NCBI GenBank assembly: GCA_049997795.1 | Contig: JBEKVT010000001.1 | Location: 173,222-237,221 of the forward strand | Source of the DNA: Minisyncoccia bacterium | Lineage (GTDB): Bacteria; Patescibacteriota; Minisyncoccia; Phycocordibacterales; PALSA-1337 | DNA length: 64,000 bases | Reading direction: 5' to 3' | Part shown: piece by piece, positions 56,190 to 64,000 of the stretch | Position numbering within the stretch: the first letter of the stretch is position 1 | Layout: each line of letters opens with the position of its first letter | Translations under genes and position numbers: made by a program | Notes under the pieces: model-generated | The model's input: the letters and a program-made list of their open reading frames with translations, nothing else | Told to the model about the DNA's origin: nothing | Databases searched by the model: none

Positions 56190-57116
56190 TCTCTGGTGCT
56201 TGTCGCAGAAATGGGCGCTGCGGCCGCCGACGACCTTCCTGACAATAGTGCCCTTGCATCCCGGTTTGCTGCATTTTTCGCCAGTCTTTTGGTAAGCGTG
56301 GTGGTGCTCCTGGAACTTGCCGGGTTTGCCGTCGATGTTCCGGTAATCGGACATAGAGTCGCCGCCGAAATCGATGCCCCTCTCGAGGACCGTTCTGATG
56401 GCCGAGTGCAGCTTTTTAAGAAGAGAATCAGGGATGTTCCTCACTCGTTCCTCCGGATTCAAGCCGGCCCGCCACAGAGCCTCGTCGCTGTAGATGTTGC
56501 CGATGCCGGCTATCACGCCCTGGTCCATCAGGGCCTGTTTGATCCTGCCGGTTGGCTTGCGCGCCAGTCTTTCCTTGAATGTCTTGAAATCGAAGCTTTT
56601 TTCCAGAGGATCGGGGCCGATTGATTCTAAGTGAATGGTCCTGTCGAGGTCTTTCTCTCGGATGAGAGTGACTTTCGCGAATTTCCTCATATCCGACAGG
56701 ACGACGTGCTTTTTATCCGAAAGGACCATGACGAAATGGATGAACCGGTTGAACGGGTCAGAAAGAGAAGACGGTTCGCCCGGGGCCGGCATCCACGAGC
56801 CCTCCTTGCCGTTCTTCTTGAGGATGTAGCGGCCGTACATAAGGTGCCCGGTCATCTTCATGTGGACCAAGATCACCGATCTCTCCCGGCCCTTCTCGAT
56901 ACGGATCAAGACATTCTTGGCCTTGCGGTCTACGCCGACGATCCTAGCGCCAGAGACCTTCCGCCTGAAATATCTGAAGTAAGGCGGGTCCTTTATGGAA
57001 TCTTTGCCTTTGTGAAAACGGCTGCCGTAATCGGTCCATACGCCGACAATCTTCAGGCCGCGAACGCGCCTATTCAACCCGCTTGCTGTGGTTTGGACTT
57101 CCGGTAGTTCCGGCAT
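56175..57116 (-). CDS. mutM: formamidopyrimidine-DNA glycosylase (Fpg/Nei family)
   Basis: N-terminal MPELPEV with catalytic Pro2/Glu3; H2TH region; C-terminal zinc finger CSKPGC...HFCDKHQ. Confidence 0.85.
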   Translation of the reverse strand: MPELPEVQTTASGLNRRVRGLKIVGVWTDYGSRFHKGKDSIKDPPYFRYFRRKVSGARIVGVDRKAKNVLIRIEKGRERSVILVHMKMTGHLMYGRYILKKNGKEGSWMPAPGEPSSLSDPFNRFIHFVMVLSDKKHVVLSDMRKFAKVTLIREKDLDRTIHLESIGPDPLEKSFDFKTFKERLARKPTGRIKQALMDQGVIAGIGNIYSDEALWRAGLNPEERVRNIPDSLLKKLHSAIRTVLERGIDFGGDSMSDYRNIDGKPGKFQEHHHAYQKTGEKCSKPGCKGTIVRKVVGGRSAHFCDKHQRLLVK

Positions 57117-57151
57117 GCGGTCATGATACACGAATGCTACAATAACCGCAC

Positions 57152-58423
57152 ATGCGCTATCTTCTGACGTCATTCGTCCTCCTGGTGCTTCTCGGCGGCC
57201 CCTGGTTCATGTCGAATTATCCGAGTCAGGCCATGGCGATCACCTCGGCCGTCGAAAGGTCCGGCAACGAGCTGGCCGCCGTCATCCTTTACCACAATCC
57301 GGTCACGATAGCCGGCCTGAAGTCGAGCTACGACGCGGCGGGAGCGCCGGAAGGCCCTAAGGTGCGCATCCTCATCGTGCCCGGCCACGAGCCGAACTAC
57401 GGCGGCGCCAAGTTCGGGGACCTCAAGGAACGCGACTTGAACGTGGAGCTTGCCCAGGATCTCATGGGTTTCCTCCTTCAGAACGGCCGGTACGAGGTCT
57501 TCACCACTCGGGACAAGAGTTCCTGGACGCCCATCTTCGCTTCCTATTTCAAGAACGATTGGGACGCCATCGTCGCTTGGGAACAGGCCCATAAGCAGGA
57601 ATTCGCCGACATGGTCCGTCTTGGAGAGATGAAGCAAGTCGCGCCGGTCGCCTTCCACAACGACGCGCCGGATACCGTGGCCCTGCGTCTGTACGGCATC
57701 GACAAGTGGGTCGGCGACAGCGGCGTAAGCGTCGTCATCCACGTCCATTTCAACGATTTTCCCCGCCCCGACCAATCTTCGCCAGGCAAGTACTCTGGGT
57801 TCGCCATATACGTGCCGGAGGGCCAGTACTACAATAGCTCGACCACCAAGGCCGTGGCCAACGCCATTGCCGGCCGTCTCAGCGAGTACAATCCCGTATC
57901 CGATCTGCCCACTGAACAATCCGGCGTGGTGGAAGATCAGGACCTGATAGCCGTCGGTTCGTTCGACTCGGTCGACGCCGCCAGCATGCTCATCGAATAC
58001 GCCTACCTGTATGAGCCGCAGATCCTCAATCCGGCGGTGCGCCCGGTCTTCCTGAAAGAGCTGGCGTATGAAACGTATCTCGGCCTGCAGGATTTCTTCG
58101 GATCGTCGACCACCACCAATCTCGGCGGACTGGTTTACGATACCCTGGTCCTGCCGCATACCTGGAACAAGCCGATCACTGGCAAGAATGATCTTCAGAG
58201 CGACGTCTTCGCTCTGCAGACGGCCCTCATCAAAGACGGCGATTATCCGCCGGCGGGCAAGTCCATGAATGACTGTCCCAGAACGGGCAGGGTCGGCGCT
58301 TGCACCACTGCGGCCATTGCGACCTTCCAGGAGAAATACGACATTTCATCAGACCAGAGAGGGGTGGCGGGGCAGGGAACGATCGACGAGCTGAATCACT
58401 TATACTCGGTTAGAGCTATGTGA
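57152..58423 (+). CDS. N-acetylmuramoyl-L-alanine amidase (Amidase_3 type) with C-terminal peptidoglycan-binding domain
   Basis: signal peptide; ILIVPGHEPNYGGA ... ERDLNVELAQDL ... VVIHVHFND pattern of amidase_3; C-terminal LQTALIKDGDYP...IATFQEKYDI resembles PG_binding_1. Confidence 0.65.
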   Translation: MRYLLTSFVLLVLLGGPWFMSNYPSQAMAITSAVERSGNELAAVILYHNPVTIAGLKSSYDAAGAPEGPKVRILIVPGHEPNYGGAKFGDLKERDLNVELAQDLMGFLLQNGRYEVFTTRDKSSWTPIFASYFKNDWDAIVAWEQAHKQEFADMVRLGEMKQVAPVAFHNDAPDTVALRLYGIDKWVGDSGVSVVIHVHFNDFPRPDQSSPGKYSGFAIYVPEGQYYNSSTTKAVANAIAGRLSEYNPVSDLPTEQSGVVEDQDLIAVGSFDSVDAASMLIEYAYLYEPQILNPAVRPVFLKELAYETYLGLQDFFGSSTTTNLGGLVYDTLVLPHTWNKPITGKNDLQSDVFALQTALIKDGDYPPAGKSMNDCPRTGRVGACTTAAIATFQEKYDISSDQRGVAGQGTIDELNHLYSVRAM

Positions 58424-58426
58424 GCG

Positions 58427-58543
58427 GAAAGCAAGAGAACAGCCCTCTGAAGAACACTCCCAGCGGGAGTTCGTCTTTGGGTCCTTTTTTGGCCTTGAAT
58501 CTTTGATAAGTGGAGTTCTTCAGAGGGCTGTTCTCTTGCTTTC
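58427..58543. repeat. 29-bp perfect inverted repeat with 59-nt spacer between convergent genes
   Basis: GAAAGCAAGAGAACAGCCCTCTGAAGAAC at 58427-58455 and its exact reverse complement at 58515-58543; the right arm encodes the last 7 codons of the Mur ligase gene. Confidence 0.85.
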
Positions 58544-59854
58544 AGACTCTAAGCGTTTCTTTATCTCCTCTCGGGCGACCCTGGCGTCGCTCCACGGTGT
58601 CTTCGAGCCGCGCGGCCCCATGATATAAGGATCGGTGCCCTTGCCGGTGATGAGGACCACGTCGTTGGCCCTCGCCCTTTCGACGGCCTCTCTTATAGCC
58701 TCGCGCCGGTCCATGATGACGAGCGGCTTCTTCGAAACGATGCCGATTGCCACGTCTTTTATGATCTCGGCCGGGTCTTCGTCGTAAGGATCCTCGTCGG
58801 TCAGGATGACTTCGTCGCAATAGATATCGGCCAACCTCCCCATCTCCCGGCGCTTCCAGGAATCCCGGCCGCCGCCGGTACCGCCGAGGACGGCGATAAG
58901 GCGCTTGCTGCCCCGGCCGGCTGCGCTTGGGTCAGGCCTGAAGACCTTGTATAGCTTTTCAAGCGAATCGGAGGTATGGGCGTAGTCGACGATCACTTCG
59001 AAGTCCTGGCCGGCTCTTACTCTCTCCACGCGCCCCGGCACGCCGTGGAAGGCCTCGACAGCCGACAGGATATTTTCCGTGGAGACGCCTTCGTTGCTCG
59101 CGCCGGCCACGGCCGCCGTGATGTTGTATAGATTGAAGAGCCCTGAGAGGTGCGACCGGACGGTCCGGCCCTTCATGGTGAAATCCAGGCCGTCCGGCCT
59201 TATCCTGTACGGCTCGAAGTCGCGGACGCTGTAAGTTATCTTGCGGTCGGCTTGGCAAGCCAGGAACCGATCGCTTTCCTTGTCGTCGGCATTCCCGATG
59301 ATGGTCGTCTTCTTGCGCGACCGCCGCATGTCGCGGGCGATCGAGAGCTTCGATTGGACGTAATCCTCGTAAGAGCCGTGGGCCTTGATGTGCTCGGGCG
59401 ACAGGTTGGTGAAGATGAGGGTGTCGATCTCGATCCATCGATGCCGGTGGAAGAGGGCCCCCTGCGAGGTCATCTCGATTGTGATGTATTGGCAGCCTTC
59501 GTCGACCGCCTTGCGGATGAGTTTTTGCATGGCGAACCGGCCCGGCATGCTCATCTTGTAGAGATTCCTCCATGATTTGTCGCCGACCTTGAATCTGATG
59601 GTGTCCGAAAGCGCTGTCTTGAAACCGGCCTCTTCCAATATGGCATTCAGGATCTCTACGGTCGAGCTCTTGCCTTTCGTGCCGGTCACGGCGATGACCT
59701 TGATCTTCCTGGAAGGGAAGCGATACCGGAGGGCGGCGAGGTAAGCTAGCGCCCAATGATAGGGGCGCTGGAAGATGCCGAAAAGCCTCCTCGGGATGAG
59801 CCGACGGATAGTGCCGAGAGACTTATCGAGCGTGTCGCGATTGTTGTCGGTCAT
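58520..59854 (-). CDS. Mur ligase family protein (MurE/MurF- or CapB-like; exact substrate unclear)
   Basis: P-loop VIAVTGTKGKSST, central motif TNLSPEHIKAHGSYEDY; short N-terminal region. Confidence 0.6.
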   Translation of the reverse strand: MTDNNRDTLDKSLGTIRRLIPRRLFGIFQRPYHWALAYLAALRYRFPSRKIKVIAVTGTKGKSSTVEILNAILEEAGFKTALSDTIRFKVGDKSWRNLYKMSMPGRFAMQKLIRKAVDEGCQYITIEMTSQGALFHRHRWIEIDTLIFTNLSPEHIKAHGSYEDYVQSKLSIARDMRRSRKKTTIIGNADDKESDRFLACQADRKITYSVRDFEPYRIRPDGLDFTMKGRTVRSHLSGLFNLYNITAAVAGASNEGVSTENILSAVEAFHGVPGRVERVRAGQDFEVIVDYAHTSDSLEKLYKVFRPDPSAAGRGSKRLIAVLGGTGGGRDSWKRREMGRLADIYCDEVILTDEDPYDEDPAEIIKDVAIGIVSKKPLVIMDRREAIREAVERARANDVVLITGKGTDPYIMGPRGSKTPWSDARVAREEIKKRLESESKRTAL

Positions 59855-60432
59855 CCGAGCTTCTTCAAGGCCGCCTTGACCTTGGCGCCGGTATCGGAGA
59901 TGCTCTTTTCTATCTTCTTCAAGGCATCGCGCGACTCGTCAGCGTCGTAACCGAGGGCCTTCAGAGCCTCGATGGCGTCGAGGTCGCTAGACATCTCTGC
60001 GGAAATAGCCGAGCCGCCTCCTTCCATGGCCGCTCCGCCGAGCCTGTCTTTCAATTCGAGCACGATCTTTTCCGCGGTCTTCTTGCCGACGCCGGAGACC
60101 TTGACCAGATGCGCGGTCGCTCCGGTGCGGATGGCTCCGATGAGAGCGTCGCTCGACACGAGCGATAATATATTCATGGCCGATCTCGGGCCGATGCCGG
60201 AGACTGTTATGAGGAGTTCGAAGAAATCCCTTTCTTTCTTGCTCGGGAAGCCGTAGAGGTCCATGGCGTCTTCGCGGACGGCAAGATGCGTCCAGAGCCC
60301 GGCTTCGGCCCCCGGTTTCAATCCACGGAGCGCGTCGCCTGTCATGAAGACCTTGTATCCCACGCCGCCGACGCCGACGACGGCATAGTTGCCGCTCAGT
60401 TCTTCTACTTTGCCGCGAAGCGTCGAGATCAT
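59851..60432 (-). CDS. ruvA: Holliday junction DNA helicase RuvA
   Basis: MISTLRGKV start, helix-hairpin-helix LITVSGIGPRSAMNIL and second HhH; 4-nt overlap with the downstream Mur ligase gene. Confidence 0.88.
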   Translation of the reverse strand: MISTLRGKVEELSGNYAVVGVGGVGYKVFMTGDALRGLKPGAEAGLWTHLAVREDAMDLYGFPSKKERDFFELLITVSGIGPRSAMNILSLVSSDALIGAIRTGATAHLVKVSGVGKKTAEKIVLELKDRLGGAAMEGGGSAISAEMSSDLDAIEALKALGYDADESRDALKKIEKSISDTGAKVKAALKKLG

Positions 60433-60506
60433 GCGCCAATCATAGCATTTCTTTACTTTCAGGGCATGATATGATAGTTTCTCTCCATTCGCCCGAGCCA
60501 CGGATC

Positions 60507-60770
60507 ATGCCGATCACCTCTTCAGCCAAGAAAGCCATGCGCGCCGCAAGGCACAAGCGCGTCTTCAACCTCCGCCGCAAGAGCGCTGTCGAGAGCGAGC
60601 TGAAGCGCTTCCGCAAGGCGATTGCCGGAAATGACAGGAAAGGCGCCGAGAAGCTCATGCCCGGCCTCTTCCGGACTCTCGACAAATCAGCCAAGACCGG
60701 CTATCTCAAGCCGAACGCCGCCGCCCGCCTCAAATCCCGCGCCGCCGCAGCCCTAAAAAAGATCTCCTAG
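60507..60770 (+). CDS. rpsT: 30S ribosomal protein S20
   Basis: MPITSSAKKAMRAARHKRVFNLRRKS, typical S20 N-terminus. Confidence 0.88.
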   Translation: MPITSSAKKAMRAARHKRVFNLRRKSAVESELKRFRKAIAGNDRKGAEKLMPGLFRTLDKSAKTGYLKPNAAARLKSRAAAALKKIS

Positions 60771-60792
60771 GCGTGCTAATCTATCCTCGTCC

Positions 60793-60867
60793 GCCCTCGT
60801 CGTTCAACGGATAGGACACAAGATTGCGGATCTTGTAATCGAGGTTCGATTCCTCGCGGGGGCACCA
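60793..60867 (+). tRNA. tRNA-Arg (anticodon GCG) with encoded CCA
   Basis: hand-folded: acceptor GCCCTCG/CGGGGGC (one G-U pair), D-arm GTTC/GGAC, anticodon stem CAAGA/TCTTG with loop TTGCGGA, T-arm CGAGG-TTCGATT-CCTCG, then A-CCA. Confidence 0.55.
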
Positions 60868-60870
60868 TAC

Positions 60871-60900
60871 AAAAAGCGCCGAGAAGAGTCGGGCGCTTTT
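60871..60900. terminator. bidirectional Rho-independent terminator between the convergent tRNA-Arg/rpsT and membrane-protein gene
   Basis: AAGCGCC-gagaagagtcg-GGCGCTT flanked by an A-run on the left and a T-run on the right. Confidence 0.6.
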
Positions 60901-60929
60901 GCGATGCAGGGAAAGACGCCGGGCGGCCG

Positions 60930-61394
60930 TCAGAACCCGAGCCACTCGAGGAAGCGCTTCAGGAAGGGCTCGTTATGCTCGGTCTCGGCGATGTATTTCA
61001 GCAGGACCTCCCGGACTTCCTCTGGGTCGACGTCGCTTATGTAGGCGACGATGAGCGGCATGAAGAGCTTGCGCGATTTGAGCAGGACCTTCGGCGGGAA
61101 TTCGTCGTGAGGGATCCAAAAAGAATCGAGCGAGAGGAAGGGATAGAGCTTCTCGTCGAAGACGATGCCCCTATCATTGACCTCATAGTAGACGTTCTGC
61201 GGCGGCTTGGAGGCGTGGAGGACCAGGGCCACGGCGGCCACGACGATGAAGATGCCCGTCAGGACCTCGCCGAACATGAAAGACACGGCGGCCAGAGCCA
61301 GAGTGACGATGCCGACGGCCCAATACCAGTCGGGCCTCTTCTTCGTGTAGAGATGCGCCGGAGCGCTCCAGGAGATCAAGGCTTCGGTGGCCAT
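60930..61394 (-). CDS. hypothetical membrane protein
   Basis: start chosen at MATEALIS because the longer track ORF would overlap tRNA-Ser; two TM helices (WAVGIVTLALAAVSFMF, IFIVVAAVALVLHA). Confidence 0.45.
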   Translation of the reverse strand: MATEALISWSAPAHLYTKKRPDWYWAVGIVTLALAAVSFMFGEVLTGIFIVVAAVALVLHASKPPQNVYYEVNDRGIVFDEKLYPFLSLDSFWIPHDEFPPKVLLKSRKLFMPLIVAYISDVDPEEVREVLLKYIAETEHNEPFLKRFLEWLGF

Positions 61395-61400
61395 GCCGGA

Positions 61401-61409
61401 ATTATAGCA
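61401..61409 (-). promoter_or_regulatory. extended -10 TGcTATAAT (minus strand) 6 nt upstream of the start at 61394
   Basis: reverse complement of attatagca. Confidence 0.45.
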
Positions 61410-61438
61410 CTTCCATCGGGGCGGCCGTGTGAACAGTG

Positions 61439-61525
61439 CGGACGGGGTGAGATTCGAACTCACGGTCCCCTTGCGGGGACGACGGTTTTCAAGACCGTTG
61501 CCTTAGACCGCTCAGCCACCCGTCC
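61439..61525 (-). tRNA. tRNA-Ser (anticodon TGA)
   Basis: class II tRNA: acceptor GGACGGG/CCCGTCC, anticodon stem ACGGT/ACCGT with loop CTTGAAA, long variable arm CGTCCCCGCAAGGGGACCG, T-arm GTGAG-TTCGAAT-CTCAC. Confidence 0.8.
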
Positions 61526-61587
61526 GTTCCCGGCTATCATAGGCCAAAAAACGTGGCTCGGCAAAGATTTCGTGCTATCTTATCTCC

Positions 61588-61980
61588 ATGCGGTCTATCG
61601 GCATAGATTACGGCTCAAGGCGCGTGGGCGTGGCGGTCTCCGACGAATCCGGCAGATTCGCCCTGCCGGTCGCGGTCCTCGTCAACTCGCCGGAGCTTGC
61701 CGCGGAGATAAGGAAGATCGCGGCGGAGGGCGAGACCAAGGAAGTCGTGCTCGGCGAATCCAGGAAATACGACATGAGCCCGAACCCTGTCCTGCCGGAC
61801 ATCATGGCCTTCAAGAGCCGCCTGGAGAGCGCAGGCCTTTCGGTCCATCTGGAACCGGAATTCATGACCACGGCCCAGGCCGAGCGCACCCAGGGCAGGC
61901 ACGACAAGACGGACGCTTCGGCGGCGGCCCTTATCCTACAGAGCTTCCTGGACCGGCGACACGGCGGCGAAAAGCCATGA
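61588..61980 (+). CDS. ruvX: Holliday junction resolvase-like protein RuvX/YqgF
   Basis: MRSIGIDYGSRRVGVAVSD N-terminus typical of YqgF. Confidence 0.85.
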   Translation: MRSIGIDYGSRRVGVAVSDESGRFALPVAVLVNSPELAAEIRKIAAEGETKEVVLGESRKYDMSPNPVLPDIMAFKSRLESAGLSVHLEPEFMTTAQAERTQGRHDKTDASAAALILQSFLDRRHGGEKP

Positions 61981-62348
61981 TCACTCACGCCGACTTCAAA
62001 AAAGTGGAGATCCGCGCCGGTAAGATCCTCTCGGCCGAGAAGATGCCGGACACCGATAAGCTGCTCAGGCTCATGGTCGATCTTGCGGAAGTCAAAGAGG
62101 TCGTCGATGCCGCGGGCGCGAAGTCCACAGTGCCAGCGCCGCGGCAGATCATCTCCGGCATCGCGGCGTATTTCCCCGATCCGGCCGTCCTGGTGGGGAA
62201 GGTCTGCATGTTCGTGACGAACTTGGAGCCGCGGACGATCCGCGGCTTCGAATCGAACGGCATGCTGTTCGCAGTTTCCGACGGCGCCGGGCATTTTTCG
62301 CTCCTTGAACCGGACGCTTCCATCCTGCCGGGCACGCTCGCCGTCTGA
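61977..62348 (+). CDS. tRNA-binding protein (CsaA/Trbp111 family, MetRS C-terminal-like domain)
   Basis: FKKVEIRAGKILSAEKMPDTDKLLRLMVDL ... QIISGIAAYF ... NLEPRTIRGFESNGMLFA; ATGA overlap with the ruvX stop; the 457-aa track ORF upstream of this Met is rejected. Confidence 0.75.
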   Translation: MITHADFKKVEIRAGKILSAEKMPDTDKLLRLMVDLAEVKEVVDAAGAKSTVPAPRQIISGIAAYFPDPAVLVGKVCMFVTNLEPRTIRGFESNGMLFAVSDGAGHFSLLEPDASILPGTLAV

Positions 62349-62357
62349 ACCGGAGCC

Positions 62358-62957
62358 ATGAACGCCCTGTCATTCATCGATCCCAAATACATCATCTCCG
62401 CCTTTGGCCTTTTGGGCGTCGTCGCCGCAGTCTTCATGGAGACCGGCTGCTTCTTCGGCTTCTTCTTCCCCGGCGACTCGCTCTTATTCACTGCCGGGCT
62501 CCTGGCCTCTCAGCATTACCTGCCTGTTGCTTGGCTCGCCTTCGGCGTATTCCTGGCCGCGGTCGCGGGCGACAGCACGGGCTACGCCTTCGGTAAGAAA
62601 GTCGGGCCGGCTCTGTTCGCCAAAGACGACTCGATCTTCTTCAATAAGAGACATATTGTCCGGGCGCAGCATTTTTACGAGAAGTACGGCGTGAAGACGA
62701 TCGTCCTGGCCAGATTCGTGCCGGTCGTGCGGACCTTCGCGCCCATCGTGGCTGGCGTAGGAGAGATGAGATACGGAAGATTCTTCGCCTGGAACGTCGT
62801 CGGCGGCCTCGCCTGGACGCTCCTCCTTGTTGGCCTGGGCTACGGTTTCGGTTCGGTCATCCCGGATCCAGATCGTTATGTCCTGCCGGCGGTGGCGATC
62901 ATCATCATCTTGTCGGTCATGCCGGCGCTGCGGCAGATCGCGAAAGGGGGCCGGTGA
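62358..62957 (+). CDS. DedA family membrane protein
   Basis: FFPGDSLLFTAGLLAS and YGVKTIVLARFVPVVRTFAPIVAGVGEM motifs of DedA/SNARE-associated proteins. Confidence 0.8.
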   Translation: MNALSFIDPKYIISAFGLLGVVAAVFMETGCFFGFFFPGDSLLFTAGLLASQHYLPVAWLAFGVFLAAVAGDSTGYAFGKKVGPALFAKDDSIFFNKRHIVRAQHFYEKYGVKTIVLARFVPVVRTFAPIVAGVGEMRYGRFFAWNVVGGLAWTLLLVGLGYGFGSVIPDPDRYVLPAVAIIIILSVMPALRQIAKGGR

Positions 62958-62994
62958 GACGGCCTCGGGCAGCGGGAGACATCGCCGCCGCCTA

Positions 62995-63003
62995 TGCTAC
63001 AAT
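62995..63003 (+). promoter_or_regulatory. extended -10 TGcTACAAT 6 nt upstream of the pilM start
   Basis: ctaTGCTACAATttacccATG. Confidence 0.4.
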
Positions 63004-63009
63004 TTACCC

Positions 63010-63987
63010 ATGCTCGCTTCATTCGCGCTCTTCAAGCTCTTCCCGCCGCCGGCCTTCATGCTCATGCCGCACGCGGGGCTCGACGTGTCGGACGACGCTA
63101 TCCGGGTCTTGTCGTACTCCGGCTTCGGCCGCGGTCGGCGGCTCTCGATCCACGGCGCCGTCGACTTGCCCCAAGGTCTCATCGAAGGCGGCGACGTGAA
63201 GGATGAGAAGGAATTCGTCTCCCGCCTCGGCGAGTTCGGCCGCGCTCACGGCCTGTCGTACGTCAAAGCGTCGATCCCCGAGGAGAAAGCTTATCTCTTT
63301 CAGACGGACGTGCCGGCCGCGGAGCGGAAGGTCATGGAACAGAACATCGAATTCAGGCTGGAAGAGAACGTGCCCCTCTCCGCGTCGGATGCCGTCTTCT
63401 GTTTCGATCCCGTGTCTTATGCCGGGACCGGCAGCCTCCGGGTGAGCGTCACCGCCGTGCCCTTGGCGTACGTCGAACATTACACGTCGCTCCTCCGGAG
63501 CGCCGGGCTTGTGCCGGTCGCCTTCGAGACGGCCCCCCGGTCGATTGCCCGGGCGGTTGTCCCCGCCGGATCCGACGACACCAGGCTCGTTGTCCATGCC
63601 ATGAGCCGTAAGACCGGCATATACATCTTGTCCGGCCGGATCACGAGCTTCGCCTCCACCGTGGCTCGAGATGCGGAACCGTCCGACGGCTCCCCGGCCG
63701 ATGCCCCCGTCCTGCTCGAAAAAGAGATAGACCGGGTGCTCTCGTACTGGTCTTCTCACGGCACCGGCAAGGCCGTGAAGGAGGCCCTTCTGGTCGGCCG
63801 GAACGCCGCTGCCCTGGAAGACGCCTGCCGCCGGGGGAGCGGCGAAACCCCCCTTACGGTCCGCCTCGCCGACGTGTGGCGCAATTCCCTAGACGTCGAC
63901 CGGCGCTTGCCGCCGATATCGCGGGCGGATTCCCTGGAATACGCGGTAGCCGCCGGCCTGGCTCTTGACGCTTCTTCCCCCGCCTAG
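63010..63987 (+). CDS. pilM: type IV pilus assembly protein PilM
   Basis: actin-like ATPase fold protein: N-terminus LFPPPAFMLMPHAGLDVSDDAIRVLSY, central FCFDPVSYAG, SLLRSAGLVPVAFETAP; start chosen at MLASFALF. Confidence 0.7.
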   Translation: MLASFALFKLFPPPAFMLMPHAGLDVSDDAIRVLSYSGFGRGRRLSIHGAVDLPQGLIEGGDVKDEKEFVSRLGEFGRAHGLSYVKASIPEEKAYLFQTDVPAAERKVMEQNIEFRLEENVPLSASDAVFCFDPVSYAGTGSLRVSVTAVPLAYVEHYTSLLRSAGLVPVAFETAPRSIARAVVPAGSDDTRLVVHAMSRKTGIYILSGRITSFASTVARDAEPSDGSPADAPVLLEKEIDRVLSYWSSHGTGKAVKEALLVGRNAAALEDACRRGSGETPLTVRLADVWRNSLDVDRRLPPISRADSLEYAVAAGLALDASSPA

Positions 63988-64000
63988 ACACGTCCATGAT

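Noticed and set aside
60975-62348. 457-aa plus-strand ORF spanning the membrane-protein gene, tRNA-Ser and ruvX
   Set aside because: It is a long open frame typical of high-GC DNA. It overlaps a tRNA and two well-supported genes in other frames. Only its last 123 codons (61977-62348, the CsaA-like tRNA-binding domain, with ATGA coupling to ruvX) look real.
62827-63009. Upstream extension of the pilM ORF overlapping dedA
   Set aside because: It overlaps the DedA gene in another frame. A TGcTACAAT -10 6 nt upstream of the internal ATG at 63010 supports the shorter gene.

Overview
This 64-kb window looks like core chromosome from a small-genome, high-GC bacterium, and it includes the dnaA–dnaN replication-origin region. 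The gene content and streamlined proteins point to a CPR/Patescibacteria-like lineage, but that is inference from the sequence alone. Genes are densely packed, and most clearly identifiable ones are housekeeping: nusA, a trigger factor lacking the PPIase domain, clpP, rny, hupB, cca, xth, xerC/D, rpsO, pnp, comM, uvrD, rsmA, yidC-rnpA-rpmH, dnaA, dnaN, a class A PBP, ruvC-yebC-ruvB, ruvA, ruvX, polA, tsaE, mutM and rpsT. There is also a cluster of type IV pilus / competence genes (pilB, pilM, comM). I found seven tRNAs by eye: Trp-CCA, Pro-TGG, Gly-GCC, Arg-TCG, Lys-TTT, Ser-TGA and an Arg-GCG with an encoded CCA. The most interesting region is a 12.5-kb single-strand operon at 26842-39366, immediately next to the rpmH-dnaA origin. 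It encodes a minimized type IV secretion-like apparatus in the gene order of Gram-positive (MPF-FATA-like) systems: a VirB6/TrbL-like polytopic membrane protein, a PrgI/VirB3-like protein, and a VirB4 ATPase split into two translationally coupled ORFs. Around these sit a pilin-like two-helix protein with tandem N-terminal repeats, several large secreted proteins and a membrane-anchored beta-propeller. No relaxase or VirD4 coupling protein is in the window. A 16-bp perfect palindrome sits on the operon's promoter. Other notable points: a recurrent TGcTATAAT extended -10 motif lying 6-12 nt upstream of many start codons, implying widespread leaderless transcripts; a roughly 1.8-kb low-GC islet (7140-8960); a DUF721/DciA-like gene after dnaN; a candidate structured RNA between pilB and ruvB; a 29-bp perfect inverted repeat between convergent genes; and a 28-bp tandem duplication. 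All coordinates were read by eye: CDS boundaries follow the supplied ORF track with internal starts chosen by me, and small motif coordinates may be off by 1-2 nt.
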